Assembly (NCBI GenBank): GCA_963750165.1
Contig: CAVVPN010000011.1
Span: forward strand, 960,001 to 1,024,000
Origin: an uncultured Gemmataceae bacterium
Lineage (GTDB): Bacteria > Planctomycetota > Planctomycetia > Gemmatales > Gemmataceae
Reading direction: 5' to 3'
DNA length: 64,000 nt
Below the pieces are notes generated by a model. That model was given only the letters and a program-made list of their open reading frames with translations, was not told where the DNA came from and ran no database searches. Below, one piece after another: positions 9,022-19,311 of this stretch; position 1 is the first letter of the stretch, and each line of letters opens with the position of its first letter. The position numbers and the translations under genes are program-made.

Positions 9022-10494
9022 ATGCCACGACGCTACGAGCTAACTTGGGTGAAGTCCTTGAAGCGATGGAAAAAATGCTATCAGGGTAAGCAATACTACT
9101 TCGCCTTCGGGACCGGGAAAACAGACGATCAAGGATACATGCAGGCGTTGGAGGCGTGGAAAATCAAGAAAGCAGAACTGGACTGCGCACGCCAAGCCCA
9201 GAAACCCCACAAATCCGAATACGAGGCTGCGATCTTGGGCCGTCAAGACCTTGCCCGATGGAGCCGTGAAAACGGTGAAGAAGAACAAGCCGCTGTTTTT
9301 CAGCAAGAGGCGGACAGGCTACTTTCACGGTTCAACGCATCGGACGACCCGCCCGCATTAACGAGAGAAGAAGCCGAACCGTTGTCTACGATTTTTGCGA
9401 ACACGCCGACGAGCCTGAAGGTGGTGCAAATCGAGTCTGGCTTCCCTATTCCACCGGATATGGAACCTCCAGAACACGAGGCTCTACGACAGATATGGCA
9501 AGACAGGCTGGCGCGGACTCGCAAAGCTCCCGCGCACAAGGCTATCGGCACGAACATCGACGAGTACATTCAAACCAAGAGCAACCTAGCCAAGAGCGGT
9601 CAGATAACGCACGGTTGGAGCCAGATCATTAAAGAGCGGCTTGAGCATTTTCGGGGATACACGGGTGCAACAACCTCGGTGGATGCCATCAACGGGAAGA
9701 CGCTCAGCGGATACCATGCCTATCTGTTGCGAAAGCTCCACGAAAAACAAATATCTGCATCTTATGCTTCAGAGCTTCTGAGCATTGCTAAGCGATTCGT
9801 CAAGTGGCTCTGGCGGCACGAAGTCATCCAGACCTTGCCACGAAACTTCGACGACAAAGAACTGTCGATCAACGTGCCTATTAAGAAGATCGAGACCTTC
9901 ACGGCAGATGAAATTCAGACATTCCTGACAAATGCCACGGAACGAACGCAACTATACATCCTCCTAATGCTCAATTGCGGGATGACCCAACAAGACATCT
10001 CTGATGTGGCTCAAGAGGAAGTCGATTGGACGATGGGAAGGATCATCAGGAAACGATCAAAAACCGGCGAAGTGGAGACAGTACCAACTGTCAACTACTT
10101 GCTGTGGGATCAGACGTTCGACCTTCTGAAGAAATCTCGTAGTAATGCAACGCAAGTTCTCATCAACGAAAACGGGAGTCCGTTGCGGTTTAGGCACGTG
10201 AAGGAAGATGGCAGGGGAATCAACTTGGACAACATCAAGTGCGCGTACGTTCGCCTCGTTACCAAGCTGGGCCTCAAAGACGCCAAGCCCCCGAAGTTCT
10301 TCAGAAAGACATCGGCAAGTGAGCTAGAAAAGCACGAGACTTATGGTCGCTTTTCACAATACTTCCTCGGTCATGCCCCGCGTTCTGTGGCTGAGAAGCA
10401 TTACGCCAAGCCTTCGGACGAATTGTTTGATAAGGCAGTGATCTGGCTGGGCGAGCGTTACGGTCTAAAGACGCTCCGTACAGCGTTGAAATGA
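9022..10494 (+). CDS. Tyrosine recombinase/integrase (divergent)
   Basis: Arm-type N-terminus (RWKKCYQGKQYYF); core-binding region; LLMLNCGM, RSKTG, FRKT, FLGH and KHY motifs; RBS gagga upstream. Confidence 0.85.
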   Translation: MPRRYELTWVKSLKRWKKCYQGKQYYFAFGTGKTDDQGYMQALEAWKIKKAELDCARQAQKPHKSEYEAAILGRQDLARWSRENGEEEQAAVFQQEADRLLSRFNASDDPPALTREEAEPLSTIFANTPTSLKVVQIESGFPIPPDMEPPEHEALRQIWQDRLARTRKAPAHKAIGTNIDEYIQTKSNLAKSGQITHGWSQIIKERLEHFRGYTGATTSVDAINGKTLSGYHAYLLRKLHEKQISASYASELLSIAKRFVKWLWRHEVIQTLPRNFDDKELSINVPIKKIETFTADEIQTFLTNATERTQLYILLMLNCGMTQQDISDVAQEEVDWTMGRIIRKRSKTGEVETVPTVNYLLWDQTFDLLKKSRSNATQVLINENGSPLRFRHVKEDGRGINLDNIKCAYVRLVTKLGLKDAKPPKFFRKTSASELEKHETYGRFSQYFLGHAPRSVAEKHYAKPSDELFDKAVIWLGERYGLKTLRTALK

Positions 10495-10510
10495 TCCATG
10501 CGGTGTAAGA

Positions 10511-10543
10511 GGGGGACCGAGCCGCGAGTCGGCTCGATCCCCT
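10511..10543. terminator. Hairpin between convergent integrase and MTase genes
   Basis: ggggaccgagccg-cgagt-cggctcgatcccc stem-loop. Confidence 0.55.
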
Positions 10544-10553
10544 TCGACGTTTC

Positions 10554-11339
10554 TCACGATGCCCACAGCAGCCGTTCGGCCTTCCTCAGCCGCTCGTGGG
10601 CGACGGCGACGTACTCGGCGTTGATCTCAAAGCCGAGCCAGCGCCGCCCGTTCAGCATCGCCATCTTGGGCGTGGTGCCTGCACCTGCGAACGGGTCGAG
10701 AACCACGTCATAGGGCCTGCTGAAACCGACGATCAGGTCGCGGGCCAGCGCCTCGGGCATCAACGCGGGGTGGGCGAACGCCTCCTTGTCCTTGGTCGTC
10801 GTGTTGAAGCCCGTGACGTACTCCCAGATCGTCGTTCGGCGACCATACAGGGGAAGCACTGCTGGGAGCTTGCCGCGCCGCATCGACCCATCCGAACGCC
10901 GTCGATGCCAGTTCGCCTTCAGGAGACCGGCGTGCTTGTTCAGTCGGTCCTTCAGGATTTTCACGGTCCTCGGCCTTCCCCTGCTCAGCACGAAGCAGTA
11001 CGAGAAGGGGGCGAAGTAGCGTCTGTTGTTGGGCAGCATGTAGCAGCGTGACACGATTATCAGCACATCCCAGATCCCGAACCCTACCCGCTCGAAGTGG
11101 AGCGCCTGCTTGAAACTGGTCAAGGTGCGGCGTCCGTCTTCAATGGCATCCTGAACTTGCCAGCAGACAAGGCCCCCGTCCTTTGTGACCCGGTAAAGTT
11201 CATCAGCCACACGCTCGAAGTCCCACTCCGCGAAATCGCGCACGCGGTCGTAGGGCGGACTGGTTACGGTCAAGGGGATGCTGTTGCTCGGCAACTTCGA
11301 CATGCCCTCGACGCAATCGCAGCAGGTGATGGTGTTCAT
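10554..11339 (-). CDS. Orphan site-specific DNA methyltransferase (N4-C/N6-A, beta class)
   Basis: TSPPY catalytic motif precedes the DPFAGAGTT SAM-binding motif; HPA.MP and GFEIN motifs; RBS ggagg. Confidence 0.9.
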   Translation of the reverse strand: MNTITCCDCVEGMSKLPSNSIPLTVTSPPYDRVRDFAEWDFERVADELYRVTKDGGLVCWQVQDAIEDGRRTLTSFKQALHFERVGFGIWDVLIIVSRCYMLPNNRRYFAPFSYCFVLSRGRPRTVKILKDRLNKHAGLLKANWHRRRSDGSMRRGKLPAVLPLYGRRTTIWEYVTGFNTTTKDKEAFAHPALMPEALARDLIVGFSRPYDVVLDPFAGAGTTPKMAMLNGRRWLGFEINAEYVAVAHERLRKAERLLWAS

Positions 11340-11467
11340 TGTTCCTCCAAGAAGGAAGGGGGCCGAGCGCTGCTCGGCCCCCTTCAACGCCCTTTGCCTA
11401 TCCGGTCACGCCGCCATCTTTTGCTCCAGCCCGGCCCGAACCTTTTGCAGCAGGAGGGCCGCATCGT

Positions 11468-12049
11468 CTACGCGCCGGTGGCGCTGTCGGTCGTGTCCAG
11501 AGACGGCAGGTCGCGGACGATGGAGAGCAGCAGCGCCACCACTGGAGCCAGCCGCTTCAGCAGGGAATCAGGCTCCCCCTCGGGCTCGGCGGGAACGACG
11601 CTGTAGGCGGGCGGCTGCGGGGACTTGCCTGCGGGGGCCGGTTCGGTCGGGGTGTCCTCGGCCTCAGCAGGGCTGGTCTTCTGCGGCGAATCGCCAGCCG
11701 GGGCCGGGCTCGTCGGCGCGTCGGCCTCGTCGGGGCTGGCCTTCTTCGGCACGATGCCGAGGTGGCGGTACGCCTCGGTCAGCCTCTTGCCCGTCACCTC
11801 TTCCTCGGGCAGCTTGCTGACGGCCTCGTAGCGGCTCAGGGTAGGCTGGCTTAGGAAGGGGAGCCATTCCTTCTGCCACGTCTCAATCTTCTTGCCCTCG
11901 GTCTTCGCCTTCTGCTTGGCGATGGTGTAGGCCCGCCCGAGCAGCCATGCGTCGTGGGCGGTGCGTTTGGCGATCCGCTGGGCGAACTGGCCGAGTTCGT
12001 CGAGGGTCCAGTCTTCGCAGGGGCTATCGGTCGGGAGGTTGGTCTTCAT
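11468..12049 (-). CDS. Hypothetical protein, DUF3102-like N-terminus; possible frameshift at the 3' end
   Basis: AWLLGRAYTIAK...W..EWLPFLSQPTLSRY pattern; Pro-rich linker; another frame continues VDDAALLLQKVRAGLEQKMAA to about 11406. Confidence 0.6.
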   Translation of the reverse strand: MKTNLPTDSPCEDWTLDELGQFAQRIAKRTAHDAWLLGRAYTIAKQKAKTEGKKIETWQKEWLPFLSQPTLSRYEAVSKLPEEEVTGKRLTEAYRHLGIVPKKASPDEADAPTSPAPAGDSPQKTSPAEAEDTPTEPAPAGKSPQPPAYSVVPAEPEGEPDSLLKRLAPVVALLLSIVRDLPSLDTTDSATGA

Positions 12050-12250
12050 GGTCGTTCTCTTGTAGATGGTTCTTCTTGGCCGCTTCACCTTGAAGTCGGC
12101 CCTCTACCTTCTGGCGCGGCAAGTTTGCTGTGTAATGGTTCAGATGTACAGTATGCGACGAGATTGCAGCGATCCGACCCGACGATGTGAAAAGCAGCAC
12201 AGCCCCGGTGGATGCTCATCGGGGGCGTCCTGCTCATGTAGAACAAGTGT

Positions 12251-13138
12251 TCAGATGCGCGATTTGATTCTCAGCCCGTCGATGTGCGGAGACGCTTTCT
12301 TTTGCGGCATCTTCTCTTCACGGTTGAGCGCATGGCCCATGCCCTCGACCACTCTCACGGCGATGTCCTCGTCAGACCAGTCGGCGAACTGGGCGACGAA
12401 GTTCTGAATGACGGCGAGCGCGGCACCGTGGTCAGCAGCGGGGGAATTCAGAGAGGCGAGGACCAAGGAGAGAACCTTCGCGGCCCGGTCTTCCTCGGCC
12501 TGCACCGCGTTGAGGCACTCCTCGTCGGCCCGCTTCTCTCGCTGCGCCACCGCCTCAAAGTAGGCGTGAGCGATGGCCTCGACGGTTGGGCCAGAAGGGA
12601 AGTGTTCTTGGAGGTGGACGAGAATGGCGTGTTCCATCTGCTCGTCGGTCAGGTCGTCGAGGTTGTCGCCGATGGGGTACGAGATGATCGAGCGGAAGTC
12701 GCCACGGAGGCCGAGGACCAGTTCCATCGAGCGCTTGTATTGCGGGTGTTCTTCGAGGGCGCGGAGGAAGATGCGCGTCCACCGAGCGGTAAGCGTCTCT
12801 TGCACCGGCTTGTTCAGGAGCGATGTGGCAAGGTCGTCGGCAAGCTGGTCGTCGGTGAAGTTGGGGTGCGCGGCGGCGAGATCGACGATCCGCTCAACGA
12901 CCTCGGTGATCGAGGCTTGCAGGAGTGGGAGAAGGTCGCGGTGCTTGGTCAGCAACTTGCCCAGAACACGGGAAATAATGCGCTCGGCCTGTTTTTTCTG
13001 CCGCTGGCGCAGCCGCGCCACGCCGATGAGGTTGGCGTCCACCACGATGCCGCGAGCGGCTAGAAGGCGCTCAATGGCCTTCGGCTTGAGGGCGGGAAAG
13101 CGGCTCAGGAGGTCGCGGATCAGTTCACTGCGGCTCAT
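12251..13138 (-). CDS. Hypothetical helical protein
   Basis: Long ORF with coding-like composition, co-oriented with its neighbours; no family recognised. Confidence 0.6.
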   Translation of the reverse strand: MSRSELIRDLLSRFPALKPKAIERLLAARGIVVDANLIGVARLRQRQKKQAERIISRVLGKLLTKHRDLLPLLQASITEVVERIVDLAAAHPNFTDDQLADDLATSLLNKPVQETLTARWTRIFLRALEEHPQYKRSMELVLGLRGDFRSIISYPIGDNLDDLTDEQMEHAILVHLQEHFPSGPTVEAIAHAYFEAVAQREKRADEECLNAVQAEEDRAAKVLSLVLASLNSPAADHGAALAVIQNFVAQFADWSDEDIAVRVVEGMGHALNREEKMPQKKASPHIDGLRIKSRI

Positions 13139-13235
13139 GCGGTCGAGGATACGCGAGGGCAACGCCGGATGCAAGAAACAGCGATGGTGAATTATTCAGC
13201 GTGAATGAAATCGAGTTTCTGAGATGCTATGCAGG

Positions 13236-13943
13236 CTAGGAGTTATCTTCTCTCCGGTCGGAGTCGGCGGCACGCCTCTTGATCAGTTCGTCGTATACGT
13301 CGATCAGTCGGCGAAACGCCTCAGCTTCCGAGGAGTCGAGGATCGAGGCGAGCTTGTTCGCGTAAGGGCCAGTGAGGATAGGCACATGCGTATCCTCCAA
13401 GCCCAATGCTCGGTTCAACCACGCGAGTTGTTCGCGCCGGATCGGCTCTTCCTCTAGTCGCCTTTCCCGTTCGGTCAGCAGCCGCGTGCGAAATGTCTGC
13501 ACGAATTTGCTGTCCTTCGGGAAGACGAGCCGCCGCACGAGGTCGTTACGCCATAGATCCTCGACGCTCGGCAGACAGAAGAAATCGGCGATCTTCGTGA
13601 GGCTCTTCAAGTTCCGGTCGTCGGTGCGGCTGACTCCAGCGGTGATGAGCCGCCTCAGAAGCCGGTAGGAGACGCGCATCTCACGGGCAGCATCTACCCG
13701 GCTCAATCCGACAAGGCTGACGAGTTGGTCGAGGTTGTCGGCGAACCGCCGTTTCCACTCCTCGGGCGTGAGCCGTGCCCCAAAGTCAGGATCAACCTCC
13801 CGATCAGTGGTCGGCTTCCGTGTGGGGGCTGGTTCCGGTCTGTCGTTCTCTGAAACCACCCGTCTTTTGAGCTTTTTCTTTGCCGGATCAACGGGTTCGC
13901 TCGGCTGCTCACTGGACTCCCGTGCGTTCCTTTGCAAGTTCAT
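13236..13943 (-). CDS. XRE-like HTH transcriptional regulator
   Basis: FADNLDQLVSLVGLSRVDAAREMRVSYRLLRRL...LTKIADFF.LPSVEDLW; RBS aaggag. Confidence 0.7.
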   Translation of the reverse strand: MNLQRNARESSEQPSEPVDPAKKKLKRRVVSENDRPEPAPTRKPTTDREVDPDFGARLTPEEWKRRFADNLDQLVSLVGLSRVDAAREMRVSYRLLRRLITAGVSRTDDRNLKSLTKIADFFCLPSVEDLWRNDLVRRLVFPKDSKFVQTFRTRLLTERERRLEEEPIRREQLAWLNRALGLEDTHVPILTGPYANKLASILDSSEAEAFRRLIDVYDELIKRRAADSDRREDNS

Positions 13944-14134
13944 GGCTGTTCTCCTTTCGACCATAAAGCGTAGCGTAGGAGACTGGCGCAATCAATGTCA
14001 ATGATGACTATGGACATCGGTTGTCACACCTGCTACTCTAGTCGTGGAGCGGTCGCGGCTGCGCATCACTTTTTGGCGGAAACATACCCGCCTGCTTGCG
14101 GGAAGCGAGCCCCGCAAGTTCAAGGAGAAATCTT

Positions 14135-14746
14135 ATGAACTGGCCCTCCAATCCGATCTCTCAGATGCTTCAGCAGGACTCGCGCGTGTTGCGGGCGGCG
14201 CGGGTCTGTGCTGTGCGCCGCCCACGCGCCGACCTCGTGGTGACAATCTGCGTGGAGGAAAGCACTTGTGTCTGCCGCCGCCTTCACGCGCCAGAGTGGG
14301 AATGCCCTCGTGACATTGAGGAGTGGTGCGAACCGCTTGGCTGGACACTCGGGTCGTCATGGCTAACGCGGGAGTTTTGGGCCGCGACTCGCACGCCCAA
14401 CGTCGTGACGCTGCTCGATTTCGGCTTCGACGCCTACTTTCCATGCCTCGACGCGGGCGATGAGTGTCCTGACCTTCTCGCTGAAGCCGTGGCTGGGGGC
14501 TACTGGAAGTGGACGTTCCAGCCGCGCTGGCCTGTCCATGACCGTGCCATCACGGACATGCCAGATGACACGCTGGATGGCGACGGGGGCCGCGAGAGGC
14601 CCTTTCCCGGCTGGCGACCGACGTACTGGACAGATGTGGCAAAGCGGTTCGAGACGCTCGCCCCGGTTGAACCTTGGAACTACATCGCCACCCTCTACTC
14701 CTACTGCGCCCTGCAAGTCGAACAGGGCAGTCCGTTAGCCCATTGA
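14135..14746 (+). CDS. Hypothetical protein
   Basis: RBS aaggag before ATG 14135; divergent from the XRE gene; Trp-rich. Confidence 0.55.
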   Translation: MNWPSNPISQMLQQDSRVLRAARVCAVRRPRADLVVTICVEESTCVCRRLHAPEWECPRDIEEWCEPLGWTLGSSWLTREFWAATRTPNVVTLLDFGFDAYFPCLDAGDECPDLLAEAVAGGYWKWTFQPRWPVHDRAITDMPDDTLDGDGGRERPFPGWRPTYWTDVAKRFETLAPVEPWNYIATLYSYCALQVEQGSPLAH

Positions 14747-15412
14747 GAGCTTGAAAGGGCTCGTACACGGTTCGAGATGCGATGTCCTGCATCATGTCGC
14801 CCCGACCGTGTTGGGGGACTGTGGAAGAGGCGCTTCATTGGCACATGGAAGAGGAAGGCCCTGACCTTCGCCTTTAGCTATCAACTTCTGCCCGTTGGTG
14901 TCGAGGTACGGTCGGTGACGTTCATAAGGTCGCGGCACTGGCAAACGAAGGCTGATAACGAAATGGAGAGGGGCGGGTGGATCGACACCACAACAGCCTC
15001 TCGCCATCCTCATCGGCTTTATGAGCAGGCCATCCGTTAGAAAAGCCCGTCGCCTCAGAATCCATAGCCGATTTTGGGGTTCCACAGTGCTGCGCTGGAT
15101 GGGCGCTGGGGTTATTCGGAGGGGCTGGTCGGGTTCGTGTTTGATGCAAGCGACATGCACCGGGCCGAGCGCCATGCACTTGCTGTCGGTCAGCCTTTGA
15201 GTCAGGCATTTTGAGCCACAAAAGCGAGGAGTTCGTCATCGTAAAAATGAGCGGTCTCCGTCGCCTTGTTGAACATGCCGGTCGGGACGTACCGGGGCTG
15301 TAGCACCTGTTCAAACTGGCGCTCTGTCGTAATCTCGTGGTCCTCTTGGAAGCCGATGACCGTCATGGAGGTGCTCGGCATCGCCCTTTCTGGGGGCCGA
15401 AGGCCGCTAATA

Positions 15413-16965
15413 CTACAGCGCTACGGTGGGCGATCACGTTGTCTTTGAGTTCTGGGTTGTTTTCTTCGTCGCCGGCGTCTGGATCGTGCCGCCGGCCTGG
15501 CGGACTCGGCTGGCAGGCCACAACCCCGCCGCTGCCGGGATTCGCGTGCCGCCTGATTACGCCGCTGGTGGTAACCGATGACTGTGGACGTGTACTGCAA
15601 CTGGGTCGTCTGTCGCAGCGTCGCCAGCCACGCCGCGCACACGCAGTTCAACGCCCGGCACACCTGCTCCGGCGTCACCTCCGGGTTTTTCCCCCCGCAG
15701 CCGTTCCGCCTGGCCGGCCACGAAACGCCAGCATCACCAAGCACAGCATCAGGTGCCGCATCATCCCCGTGTAGTTGCGCCCCTCGATAGTGCCCGAAGC
15801 CGATCTCGCTTTTGGCTCACGCGGAATCCGTGTTCCACGTTCCAACGCATGAAGGCGATCCGCAACAGCGCTCCAACGGCGTGGCCGCCGCCGCCCCGTC
15901 GGAGACGAAGTACTTGTCCTCGCGCCGTCGCGCGTCGTTCCGCGCCACGATCAGCCAGTAGGTGCGGGCCGTCGGCTCTCCCCGTCCCGCGATCAGGCAC
16001 ACCTGCGCCGTCCTTGACCTCCCACACGTGCTCCCCCAGCGTTTGCCGGTTCAACGGTCACTCGTCCGCCACGGCCTGGTCCCGGAAGGCCGGGCTGTGC
16101 CGCACCAGGTCATCGGCCCGCTTGCCCGTCCAGCCCTTGCGGGGCTTTTGCCCTTGGGCGGCGTCGTGAAGCAGCGGAACGACTTGGGCACTTCGCCGAC
16201 GTAACGCAGTTCGGCCAAGTCGTCCAGGTTCGGCCAGGAACCCCGTGCTTGGCAGCCGTAGCCCTCGTCGAAGGTCAGCCAGTCCAGGGCGAGGCCGTTG
16301 GCCCATCGCCCGGCAGCATCTGCTGCAGACCCAGCCGCCACTTGGGGCTGGTAGGCCACGTCGTCGGGGATGCCGGCCGCCCGGCAACGCGGTCGCGGTC
16401 CTCGGACCCAGGACTGGGGCAGGAACAGGTCGGCGTCGAGCAGGGTCTTGTAGCGGCCCCGGGCGACGCCGAGGTGGACGGTGACGATGCAGTTCTCGAC
16501 TGCTTGCCGACCGCTCGCCGCACCACTGCCGCTGCACGCCGGGGGTCTTCGGTGCCCTTCTTGACGCACGGAGGTCTCGTCGAGCAGGCCGACGGTGCCC
16601 AGGTCGTCGGCCGGCACGGACGCCAGACCCTGGGCCACGTGGTCGGTGCAGGCGGTCGCGCAGGGCGCGTCGGTCCCAGACGTGATCCTTGAGGAACTCC
16701 TGGAGGGTGCGGACGGCGGTGCCCGCGTCCAGGGCAATGGGTTCGGCGCTCTTGCGGGGCAGATCGGAGAGCAGGCCGCGGCAGTAGACGTTGAGCAGGT
16801 CGAAGGTCTGGGTGTACTCACAGCAGAAGAGGAACTGCCGCAGGTAAGCGGTGAAAGCCGGACCCAGCGCTTCGATCTGCTCAGGCTGTCATGACAACCT
16901 CCCGGTCTTGCCGGAGGTGGTGTACAGAATACAAGATCAGTGGCCAGTCAACCGTAGCGCTGTAG
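15413..16965 (-). mobile_element. IS701-family-like insertion sequence with heavily frameshifted transposase
   Basis: Perfect 17-bp inverted repeat tactacagcgctacggt (15411-15427) / accgtagcgctgtagta (16951-16967). Transposase fragments across frames: GLLSDLPRKSAEPIA, LLDETS, ENCIVTVHL, LDADLFLP, TFDEGYG, RWNVEH.F. Confidence 0.88.
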
Positions 16966-18609
16966 TACTGATCGCGCCTTCTTGTCCAGATAATAGTTAA
17001 GTGGGGGTTGGGGGTGCATCCCCTGAAGGAACTCTTCAAGAGGAACAGGTTCGTTGATAGATGGTTGCCGCTTCGTTTTGTACCAGACGTGTAAATCATG
17101 GAACCTGTCAGTCGGTCGCCACTTCATCGCCTGACCGTTGCCGTTGCCGAAATGCCACTTGCGGTCGAAGACATCAATGACACCGATCTCATCCAGCCAG
17201 TTGCGGGCGATGGCCCACTTTCGGTCGTCCCAGTCCACGTCAATCAGGTGCGCTCGACGGCTCGACTCCCAAAGGGCACGCGCCCCTGTCTGGGGCAACG
17301 ACTGGTCAGGATTCGGGTGGTCAAAGCAGAACTCCACGATGGACAGCATCACGGACACGAACCGCCAGTCCACCGTTGTTCGACTTCGCTGTTCGTGGAT
17401 CACGCCGTACTCGTCCACATACCGACGCACCTTCTCGCGGAGGGTGCCGACGTGAGTACGAGCCCAACTGTCGAACTTTCCGAAATGGATCTTGTACTTC
17501 GCGCTTCCGCACTTGGCGGGGTCAAACGTCTTGGCGATGTGCTTCAGAATCCACCGGACTCGGCCCCGGCGTCTGGCCTCGTTGTCGGCCCAGTCGCCCG
17601 AATAGAGCCGGTTCTCCTTGATGAAAGCCAGAGCCTCCCTCTCGGTGGGGACGTGGCGCAGCCTCCGGGCCATTTCGAGAAGTGCCCGTAATTGACGTGT
17701 CAGTGCATTCGGCTCCTCGTTGTAGTCGCCGAGCGCCATCGGCACCTTCACGGCCTCCCGCTTGGTGATTGGTTCCTCGGTCTTCAAGACAGGCACCTCA
17801 CTGACTTTTGCCACGGGCCGGTCGGGGAGGTTTGCGCACGCAGTCTTGAGGACGCGATGAAGGGTGTCCTCGTCGTAACATGACCGAGCCCGGATGGCGT
17901 CGAGGAAGGCGACCGTCGAATACGTCTCAAACAAGACCATCTTGTCGTCCAGTTTCTTCTTGCGAGGGCACTTCCCCAAGACGCCAGACGATACGATGGT
18001 TTTCTTGTCTGTCCGCATGGGCAGGCCGACTTGCACGCAGTTGTAGGGGAAGACCTCAGGGTCGCCAAAGCCATGTTCAACAAGGAAGTCGTGAATGCGC
18101 CGCCCGAGATCGAGGGCCGTTTCAATGGGGATGGGCTTGCCGGTGAATCCGAAGAGTTTTGCCGAGCCATTCTTGTCGTTGACTTCCGCTACAGGCCAGT
18201 AGAGTTCGGGGAAGTGCCGTTTCAGGAGACGCCCCGCGTTAAGGACGCGAAGAGTGTGATCACGGGCAAGTACGCTGCCGTCGTGGCGGTCGAAATCGGC
18301 GGACACGAAGAGAACGTCCTTGGCGTTGAGTGCCACGATGCCGCGATGGTTGCCTTTCAGGTGGTCCCAGACCGGATTCCACCATTTGCGCTGGTCCTGT
18401 TCAGTTGGAATAGTCCAGAAGCGCCAGCCATCTTTGCCTTCCTTTTGCCATGTGCCATCTGGCATGAGAAGTTTATCGGCAACTCTCCACCCAAGGAACT
18501 TCGCGCCTGCACCGCCATAGATTAGCCTGTGGAGGATCTCTGTCGCTCGAATCTCGGGATTCTGAGTTTTTCGGTTGCGCTTTCGAGTTGTGAAGTGTAT
18601 AATACTCAT
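16948..18609 (-). CDS. Putative replication protein with AEP primase-like N-terminal domain; 3' end clipped by the IS
   Basis: SADFD (DxD), NGSAKLF and EVFP...VGLP motifs; helical C-terminal part; the last codons lie within the IS inverted repeat. Start uncertain (18609 or 18654). Confidence 0.6.
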   Translation of the reverse strand: MSIIHFTTRKRNRKTQNPEIRATEILHRLIYGGAGAKFLGWRVADKLLMPDGTWQKEGKDGWRFWTIPTEQDQRKWWNPVWDHLKGNHRGIVALNAKDVLFVSADFDRHDGSVLARDHTLRVLNAGRLLKRHFPELYWPVAEVNDKNGSAKLFGFTGKPIPIETALDLGRRIHDFLVEHGFGDPEVFPYNCVQVGLPMRTDKKTIVSSGVLGKCPRKKKLDDKMVLFETYSTVAFLDAIRARSCYDEDTLHRVLKTACANLPDRPVAKVSEVPVLKTEEPITKREAVKVPMALGDYNEEPNALTRQLRALLEMARRLRHVPTEREALAFIKENRLYSGDWADNEARRRGRVRWILKHIAKTFDPAKCGSAKYKIHFGKFDSWARTHVGTLREKVRRYVDEYGVIHEQRSRTTVDWRFVSVMLSIVEFCFDHPNPDQSLPQTGARALWESSRRAHLIDVDWDDRKWAIARNWLDEIGVIDVFDRKWHFGNGNGQAMKWRPTDRFHDLHVWYKTKRQPSINEPVPLEEFLQGMHPQPPLNYYLDKKARSVLQRYG

Positions 18610-19311
18610 AGTAGTCAGCACTACTATAATAGTGTAAGCCGCCAATTTTCTCAACAGAAAATTGACGGCTGCACTTGTTTACACAGGACTGCGATGCGCT
18701 CGGGCTCCGCATTCTCGTGTTGGAAACCAACAGGTTTCATCTTCAACTAATAGAAGTTCCAGTCGCAGAAGAGCACATCATCTGCGATGTAGGAGAAGAG
18801 TCGATCTAAAATGGCGAAGGAGAATGTTTACACCTGAAAGTGATCTTTTTGGAAAAGTGGCAGGATCTCACTTTGGGCGACAATACACCGGATTATCCAT
18901 GCGAAGTGATGAGGCTTTTTTGCTTGACTCATTTCTTTTTTCTCGATAAGATCGTGATATATTGAATGCTGTAGGTTTCGGTCCTGCCTATGAAGCTTTC
19001 TTATGAACTGGACGCCAACAACCCTTGCGGCTGATTAGGCGAGTGCTGGGCGATCATGCCCCAATCACATCTCCAGACCCCTCTATGTAAGCTCGTATCC
19101 GTTCGTGGCGCACATGAAGCTCCAAGTATTTGCTCTGAGCTTCCGCATGTCACGATTGCTCGCCGGTTGTCCTGCCTCGCCGCAACTGTTGCGGATGGAA
19201 TGGACTATTAGCGATAGCCACTACGCCGCGGTTAAGGTCGCCCCCGCTTTCAGCGGCTATGACCGGATGCGGGGCTAAAAGTCAGCCCACGATGGGCTCA
19301 ACATTTTTTTC

